NCBI GenBank assembly: GCA_964019335.1
Contig: OZ025713.1
Span: 124,001-188,000, forward strand
DNA length: 64,000 nt
Origin: Diplonema japonicum
Lineage: Eukaryota; Protista; Euglenozoa: Diplonemea
Direction: 5' to 3'
Shown: in pieces, positions 57,379 through 64,000 of the stretch
How the letters are laid out: every line of letters starts with the position of its first letter
Position numbering within the stretch: the first letter of the stretch is position 1
Notes under the pieces: model-generated
Databases searched by the model: none
What the model was told of the DNA's origin: nothing
Seen by the model: only the letters and a program-made list of their open reading frames with translations
Made by a program: the position numbers and the translations under genes

Positions 57379-58899
57379 TCATCCTTCCCGCCCCTCTTCA
57401 GCATTTGCTACCCTAGCCGCAAGTGCGGCACGTCTGCTGCCCTTTTGGTACGACGGTTTGCGTTGTTGCGGTTCTCCCAACAGCACTGCAAGAGGGTCCG
57501 ACACAGCTGGAAGCTCACTTCTCCGCAGTTCTACCTTTGCCCCGTAAGCACGTAGCAAGCACGCGATGGAGGTGTGGCCTTGCTCCACGGCGACGTAAAT
57601 AGGTCTGCTTATGGGTATCGGGTCTGAGAGATGCATGTTGAGTTCCAGGTTTGGATCCGCACCTTTTGAAAGGAGCAGCTCTACCATCTCACCGAAGTTC
57701 TTTTTAACAGCAGTGTGCAAGGGTGTGGAGGCGTGGTTGCCTTTGTTCGGGTCCGCCCCCCCAAAAAGAAGACACCTCGCCATGGGGACGTTGTTGAGGT
57801 TGACCGCGACGTCCAGTGGTGCGTGCGTTATGTTGTGAAGAATATTAGGACCCGCACTCTTGGCTAACTTCTCCACCACTGAGTTATAGTCCCTTGTGTA
57901 GGAACGGTAAAAGTAAGAGCCATAGGATGCGGTTTTCACAGCACAATCAACTATTTTCGGGTCTGCCCCGCAGTCAAGAAGCACTTTCCGATTTCTAATG
58001 CGCAGTGTTGCTAGCACCATGTCGAGACGCATATTAGGATCCGCACCCTTGGCAACAAGCAGTTCCGCCATCGTGGTGAAGTTGTTCATAACAGCAGTGT
58101 GTAAAGGTGTGTTTCCAGAACACATTTCGTTCGGGTTTGCCCCCCCGTCAAGGAGTATTCTCGCCATTTCGACATTGTCGTGAGTGACTGCGATGAGCAG
58201 TGGTGCGTCCTGCCTCCTCCCAGGCCTCCTCCGGTTTGAGTTAAACCTTAGGGTGGCATTAGGGTTCGCCCCGTGGGAGATAAGTAACTTGACAATTTGA
58301 GTTCCCGTTCTCATGGCCGCGATCAAAGCAGGAGTAGGGTCTGCCCCACGAACAAGGAGTTGTTCCGCAAGAACCCGATTGTCATTTTGCACTGCGAAGG
58401 ACAGGTGAGGCCCCAGGATGTTACCGTCTGGACACATCGCCAGCAGTGCCTCGAAGCACCTTCTGAAGTCGTACCTCAAGGCCGTCCACATCATCTTTGC
58501 ATTGAAAGTAACCACCCCTGCGGCTTGCATCGTTTCCAGCACCTCACGAAACTCCACATCTGCCCTCCCGCTCAGACGCCCTTCCCTTCGGAGAACCTGC
58601 ATCTCTTCGTGTACATCTTCTCCTGTCTTCCCGTTGTACCCAATCTCCTCCAGCCTCACGAACGCTGCCTCCCGCCTGTCCATTCCCACTACTACCTCGC
58701 TTTGGTCCTCGAAAAGGTACTCGCACACCTTTCGGGTGTCATTCAGATCCTCTCCTTCGAAGCTGAGTTGCATCCTGTCCTCACGCAATCCCGTCTCCAG
58801 GGCGATCTGTGTCTTCAGCTCCCGCACTGTGCTGCCCCCTGGAACCTCCATGCCGACAGTTTCCCCGGAGGTGAGCCGAAATGTGAGCTCGACCGACAT
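57379..58899 (-). CDS. Ubiquitin-like domain plus ankyrin repeats, 506 aa
   Basis: N-terminal Ubl (LTFRLTSGETV..EV...TVRELK..I...GL...M.L.FEG.DLND). GADPN and TPLH repeats. Confidence 0.9.
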   Translation of the reverse strand: MSVELTFRLTSGETVGMEVPGGSTVRELKTQIALETGLREDRMQLSFEGEDLNDTRKVCEYLFEDQSEVVVGMDRREAAFVRLEEIGYNGKTGEDVHEEMQVLRREGRLSGRADVEFREVLETMQAAGVVTFNAKMMWTALRYDFRRCFEALLAMCPDGNILGPHLSFAVQNDNRVLAEQLLVRGADPTPALIAAMRTGTQIVKLLISHGANPNATLRFNSNRRRPGRRQDAPLLIAVTHDNVEMARILLDGGANPNEMCSGNTPLHTAVMNNFTTMAELLVAKGADPNMRLDMVLATLRIRNRKVLLDCGADPKIVDCAVKTASYGSYFYRSYTRDYNSVVEKLAKSAGPNILHNITHAPLDVAVNLNNVPMARCLLFGGADPNKGNHASTPLHTAVKKNFGEMVELLLSKGADPNLELNMHLSDPIPISRPIYVAVEQGHTSIACLLRAYGAKVELRRSELPAVSDPLAVLLGEPQQRKPSYQKGSRRAALAARVANAEEGREG

Positions 58900-59298
58900 T
58901 TTCTGTGTAAACCGTTCAAAAACCTTTTTGTCGTGTGCACGACGAGCGTTTAAAACTAAAGGGAGAAAAACGGATTAACACGTTAAAACGATTAAAGCCG
59001 TCATGGTGCGCAGATCAACAGTTCGTGCAAGGCGCATGTCCCGATATGGCGTGAAGGGCGTCATATCGTATCGATTGCACAGTGAGGCTCGTGATGACCT
59101 TAGGCATCTTCAAGCATACAAAAAAAGAGTTGGTTTGATTGTTGTCTGTGCACAGCCGGGATTAACCTGTAGAAGGATAAGCCCAACAATGCTACCACTA
59201 CTCTTTTAGCAATAACAATTCATACCCAAAAGAGAGACTTTTTTTCTACTGTATATTTTTAGGGGGCTATGTTAAGTTAGACTTCTTTACACATTTCT

Positions 59299-59979
59299 TC
59301 ACACCGCGTTGGTAGGATAGACAACGGGCGCTGTGGCGTAAGGTGCTGGAGCGTACTGCTGTTGAGGAGCCCCCCTCATCTTGTTGAACAGCATACGGGT
59401 GACTCCGAACACCCCCTGGTAGGGCCACAGGATATTATTGGTAGCGGAGAAACCTTGCTGCTGCTGGGCTTGCTGCGGCTGATGCGGGTACCCCTCAACA
59501 TCCCCTTGAAATTGCTGGGGGACATTGTCAAAGGACTGCGGTAGGGTTCGCGACCTTCGGATGAAGAAGGCCACCACCCCTGCACAAACGAGAAGCAGCA
59601 CAAGGGATGAAACCCCTGTTGGAACCTTCCTCGGCTGGTAGTGCCGCGAGTTATGGGTCACCAGCCTCTTCCTCACAGAGTATTTTACAAAGCACTCCTT
59701 GCACGGTTCGTCGCATTCTACCTTGGCCTTTTCTACCTCGTAGGCCGGCACGTTTACCTCGTGGGTTGGGCATACCCATGACCCTCCAGGAAGCCTCCTG
59801 CATCTGATACTCACTAGCTCCACTCCCTCAACACACTTTCCCGAGCACCTTAGCGCAGAGGCTCCAGAAGGTGTTGTTGCACCCTTCTTGAGGCTCAGAT
59901 TACTCAGGCTCCCCTTGCACCCGTCGTCCGGTGTTGTCACAGCAGCTAAGACAACACTTGCAAAGACAACAATGTGCAT
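59299..59979 (-). CDS. Type I membrane protein with a Cys-rich ectodomain and Gln/Pro tail (possibly SARAF/DUF1183-like)
   Basis: Signal-like N-terminus, 8 Cys in the ectodomain, one TM (SSLVLLLVCAGVVAFFI), and a Q/P/Y-rich tail. The family call rests on Cys spacing only. Confidence 0.7.
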   Translation of the reverse strand: MHIVVFASVVLAAVTTPDDGCKGSLSNLSLKKGATTPSGASALRCSGKCVEGVELVSIRCRRLPGGSWVCPTHEVNVPAYEVEKAKVECDEPCKECFVKYSVRKRLVTHNSRHYQPRKVPTGVSSLVLLLVCAGVVAFFIRRSRTLPQSFDNVPQQFQGDVEGYPHQPQQAQQQQGFSATNNILWPYQGVFGVTRMLFNKMRGAPQQQYAPAPYATAPVVYPTNAV

Positions 59980-61190
59980 TTTCTTTCTTTTTTTTTTTTT
60001 TTCCTTTCAGAAACTTTTTGCCTATGGTGTGGATAGTGCCAGTTTTTAAAGAAAAAGGGGGGGGGGGACGATGTTCAGAGGGTAAATCCAGTGAAGACCA
60101 CCCTTATGGGGCGGGCGGGGGTCTATTCTGATTGCTCCCTTTTTTTTCTTTTTTTTTTCTCAGAAGCCTTTGCTTTCGTCCTGCATAGAGATATGGGGCG
60201 GTAAAAGCAGGAAAAAAAAAAATAGACAGATCGAACGAAGAAGAAAAAAAAAAGTAAAGACTTTTTAACAGAACTTACACAAAAGCCGATGTTGAAGATA
60301 AATAGCAAAAGAAAGGGGGGGGGGGGGGGAAGGGCACACCATCCCTTGTCTTATGATGATGATGCGGTAACTGAACTGATCTGTAAAAACGATAAACCAC
60401 AAAGTTATCTTTTTTTTCTTTTTTCTTTTTTCTTTCTTCTCATTTTTTTTTTTTTTGATGATTTTGCAATAACAACTTTTTCATTTCGTTGAATTAACAT
60501 TATTGATAAATTTCGGCGTAAGATAAGTACTGCATGCCACCACTATTCTTTCTTTTTTGCTTTTACAAGAAGCTGAGCACGTACTTGTAAATACAAAAAA
60601 AAAAAAGACACGGTAAAGCCTACATTATCACGGGGAGGGGGGGGGGATTAGCAAAACAAGAACAAAAAAGGTTTTTTTTCTTCTTTTACTTCTCGTTATT
60701 CTCTTTCAGTCTACTGGAAAAGAAATATGAGTTAAAGGAGGCCGGTGTTGGCGGCGCCCTGTAAAAGAAATAACTAGAATGATCATCCTTTGGAGGAGGG
60801 TCTTTTTAGGCAAAAAAGCTCGAAGCTGGAAGAGGCCAAAGCTGTCCTTATGTGGCGCGATGTCACATAGGGACAGCTTACAGAGGATCCAACCTTTGGA
60901 AAGACATTCTTTTTTTTTGAAATTTCCCCAGGATTCCTTTCAGAGTTATGGGGGGGGTTTTAAAAAAGAAAAATAGCTATCGTGTGTTTGATTTTTTTTT
61001 TTTGTTCTACTTTCTTTCTTTGAGTAAGAGACGTTACATTCAGGCGAGAGGTACCCTTCAATGGCTCCTACTAGCGTCCCAGCAGGTTTGGAGAGTACTT
61101 TTCCCGACCAAAAAAACAGGAAAACTTCACTTATCTCACATCTTTCTTTCTTTTCTTTTCTTTTTTTCCTTCCTGGGTCGATGTATATAT

Positions 61191-62078
61191 GGCATCGTTT
61201 CAAACCCCCCCCCAAAAAAAATGAGGCCAATTGACACTTTCAATATTTCTCTAAGTACTTTTTCCCAAAGAAAAAAATTTCTACAAAAAAATTTCTACAG
61301 GTTAGGAAAAAAAAACACCCCATAAAATTGGAAAGTGAGTGTTTCTAGTAGCTAAAAAAATTCAGTCCTAGGGGCAAAAATGGGTTTTTTCACTTTGCAT
61401 AAATTCAGTAAAAGAGGGGGGTTCCAAAAATAGGTTTTCCCACTTTAAACAACTTCAGTAAAAGAGGGGGAGGTTCCAAAAATGGACGCTTTTTTAAACT
61501 TGCAGTTGAGAAGCTAGGGGTAAAAAAAAGGTATTCGGACCGAGAAAGGGCCGCCACAGAGGTTCTTGAGAAGCTCAGTGGCAACGACTGTGCTGCACTA
61601 GTTTGTGACGCAGTGTGTAAGGAGGAACTTTTAGCGGCACTTCTGCCATCATTTTCTGGTTGGTTTAATAGACAACAAGACACCACACGGCGCCAATTGG
61701 TCAGAGGCATGCGGCTTGACCACATCACACACGACGAAATAAGGGCAGCTGACTTGTTCCACAGTAGCATGGGTACAGTGTGCAAGCCAGGCCGACCCAG
61801 TGCGACGTCCTTGGAGGATGACACAGAGATCAATTCTGATCTAGCCAACATCGCGGGTCCTCCGGCGTCTCACACGCAAACGCCACAGGATGACTAAGAC
61901 TGAATTTTTCATAGGTGAAAATAGCACCCTTGAGCGTTTTGTGACCCGGGTTCTTTCCTAATATGGGCCGGGAAATATGGAGAATTTTTTTTAAAGGGGG
62001 GCGGCATGCCCAAAGATGCAACGAAAGTGTCAATTGGCCTCATTTTTTTTGGGGGGGGTTTTTTTTTGAAATCGACCC
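61191..62078. mobile_element. Non-autonomous DNA transposon with about 50-bp TIRs, flanked by ATAT
   Basis: TTTCAAA-C(n)A(8)TGAGGCCAATTGACACTTTC (to 61241) is the reverse complement of 62023-62071. The interior has plus-strand ORF remnants. Confidence 0.75.
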
Positions 62079-62214
62079 ATATATAGCGGTGTGTGTATTT
62101 TCTTTCTTTTCGGACTATAAAAAAAGCAACTCGATACAGATTCCGAGTGTGCAGGTGTTCCCCGTGGTGTTCACCCCGTGGTGTCTACCTTCGGGGAGCT
62201 GATACTTCAGCTTG

Positions 62215-64000
62215 CTACAACGGAAAAGTGGGGTGGTTCGAATTCCTCATCATCCGCACCACGCTGGTGAGCGTAGGATCGTCCTCTGCTTCATTGTGCA
62301 TAGCGATGCCCTTGTCGTCCTGTTTGTGGAAACAATCAAAATACTCCTCAGACCATGGCCAGGATAGAGGGTCGGTGCACTCCGCCACATCAAGCTGGTG
62401 CACCGTGGTCAGCTCACTATCGACAGTGACCACCCCAACGGGCCGCGTCAGGTAGTGCGTCGCGATATGTGCGGCCGTGGCCATACTGCACACGATGCTC
62501 GCTTGCACGCCCATATACTGGCAAACACGGAGACCCGCAACACATAACTGCGGTGCCTTACCCAACGTAACATAGTACTTAGCCTTTGCTGTCCCTACAG
62601 TACCATGCGTGGCAGAACCAGTACCGACAGATGCGGACACACCGGACACCCAGCTTGCTGCGGTTCGCTTCAACACTTTAAACAGCGTTGCGACATAGTG
62701 GACGGACTCGAAGGTGTGGGACTGGCATCTTTTTTGCATGTTCCATCCAAGAGTCACGTCGGTTCCGGTTACAGCGAGCACTCCGCCTTGGGACTGCTCT
62801 GACAGACTGTTCACGGTGCTCAGAAGCTGGTTCAGTCTTGATCCAACATCCCCGTTGTTTTCCAGGCACACCCCGTCGACCGATAGAATCACACAACTTG
62901 CCGCCACGGCCCTCTGCAGCCTTGAATGGTGATTACCTTGCGGTTGCCCTGCCGCGCTGCGTCTTGACGATTCGGAACCAGAATGCACTGTTCGTTTATT
63001 GTGTTTTTCATTGACCTTAGACATGACTTCGGAGAGACGAGGAGCCAGGTGATCCGGGAGGAGCAGGTACACCATTAGTTCGGACGCGATTCCCTTCAAC
63101 GAAAGCTTACCGATCTTGTGGGTCACATGATTCGGCTCCAACATATCGGGCAGAGCATCATGTACCTGTTGTGTTACGAAAACCCCTCCGCCAGCACCAC
63201 AACCTTCAACCCTCGCAGCAGTGTTGACCACTGTCCCATGGTAATCATAACGAGACGTCAGAGGGTTGAGATCAGGTTCAACATCACCACAATGTATACC
63301 CACACGGACTCGAATACCGTTCCAGACGTCATCACGGGTGCAGCATTGTTGAATTCCTCTTAGAGAGTCGTCCCATGTGTAGTTGAAAAGTGCGTTCTGT
63401 GCTAGAATGCCGAACTGCACTGCGTCGGGTGCGCAGTCGAAGGCGACCATGAAGGAGTCGCCGATCGTCTTGACCTCGTACCCGTTCGCCTCCACAATGC
63501 ACTTCCGCATGATGGTGTTGTGTGCGGCAAGGGCTGTTTTCATCTTGTCACCGATGGCCTCCCATATCATTGTGGAAGCCTCGATGTCAGTGAACACTAA
63601 CGCGGCTGAATGTGAAATAAGACCAGGTGGGTTCGTTCGCATTTTCGACATCTCATTATCGGCCTCGTTGTCGGGCACCGACGTTGTACCCGATGACCCC
63701 TCGAAGATCGCGGCAGGGAGGTAAGGACGGTAGTTCTCGAGGTTCGAGAGTAACCGTCGAAGAAGCTCTGTGGTTTGCGATTCAGGGATTGTTGATAAAA
63801 CGGATTCCGCTTTCTCCAAATCGAAATGGACCAATGCCTCGGTTACCTTCTCCGTGGCCATGATGGACGCTTCAAGCCGTTCCTTCTCCAGCGTGACTGT
63901 TTTCGCGAAGCCCCTTGTGAAATAAAAATCGATCAAGAACACGATCAGCTGAGCGGTTATCGTTTTGAGCAGTACGTTCGCGTGACTCGAGCAAGGCGGG
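62215..64000 (-). CDS. Class III adenylate cyclase, C-terminal part (partial), with a degenerate second cyclase-like domain
   Basis: LVFTDIEAST, YEVKTIGDSFMVAF, RVRVGIHCG, YDYHGTVVNTAARVE. The frame is open to the window edge, with a TM-like segment upstream. Confidence 0.92.
   Translation of the reverse strand, partial: PPCSSHANVLLKTITAQLIVFLIDFYFTRGFAKTVTLEKERLEASIMATEKVTEALVHFDLEKAESVLSTIPESQTTELLRRLLSNLENYRPYLPAAIFEGSSGTTSVPDNEADNEMSKMRTNPPGLISHSAALVFTDIEASTMIWEAIGDKMKTALAAHNTIMRKCIVEANGYEVKTIGDSFMVAFDCAPDAVQFGILAQNALFNYTWDDSLRGIQQCCTRDDVWNGIRVRVGIHCGDVEPDLNPLTSRYDYHGTVVNTAARVEGCGAGGGVFVTQQVHDALPDMLEPNHVTHKIGKLSLKGIASELMVYLLLPDHLAPRLSEVMSKVNEKHNKRTVHSGSESSRRSAAGQPQGNHHSRLQRAVAASCVILSVDGVCLENNGDVGSRLNQLLSTVNSLSEQSQGGVLAVTGTDVTLGWNMQKRCQSHTFESVHYVATLFKVLKRTAASWVSGVSASVGTGSATHGTVGTAKAKYYVTLGKAPQLCVAGLRVCQYMGVQASIVCSMATAAHIATHYLTRPVGVVTVDSELTTVHQLDVAECTDPLSWPWSEEYFDCFHKQDDKGIAMHNEAEDDPTLTSVVRMMRNSNHPTFPL

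Noticed and set aside
1-64000. tRNA, rRNA or snRNA genes
   Set aside because: None recognised by eye. A tRNAscan or Infernal run could still find small RNAs.

Overview
Eukaryotic, repeat-rich window. Every intact host gene lies on the minus strand, introns are few and mostly tiny GT-AG, and intergenic DNA carries long A/T and G/C homopolymers. Together with a kinetoplastid-style adenylate cyclase and a VIPER/TATE-order retroelement, this points to a euglenozoan, probably a diplonemid (inference). The left 36 kb is a duplicated, recombining cluster of two families. The first is four large surface proteins (signal peptide, LVIVD-type beta-propeller head, Pro/Thr stalk, multi-pass membrane anchor) whose heads and anchors occur in different combinations. 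The second is two genes encoding an R-S-ExE ADP-ribosyltransferase fused to homogenised 34-aa ankyrin repeats that vary mainly at target-contact positions; each sits directly upstream of a surface-protein gene. This ART-ankyrin/surface-protein pairing is my best candidate for an undescribed system. The right half holds an SDR, a Ubl-LRR-CaaX protein, an ABCG half-transporter with a Tudor-like insert, a Ubl-ankyrin protein, a chimeric small GTPase, membrane proteins and a partial class III cyclase. Mobile DNA includes a full-length but frameshifted tyrosine-recombinase retrotransposon with split direct repeats and a candidate 29-nt intron that would fuse YR to RT, two piggyBac-type elements, several MITEs, a LINE RT fragment, and a dispersed motif (TCCTTTAACTCATAT on the transcribed strand) that I found in one orientation only. 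All calls come from reading the sequence by eye; no searches were run.
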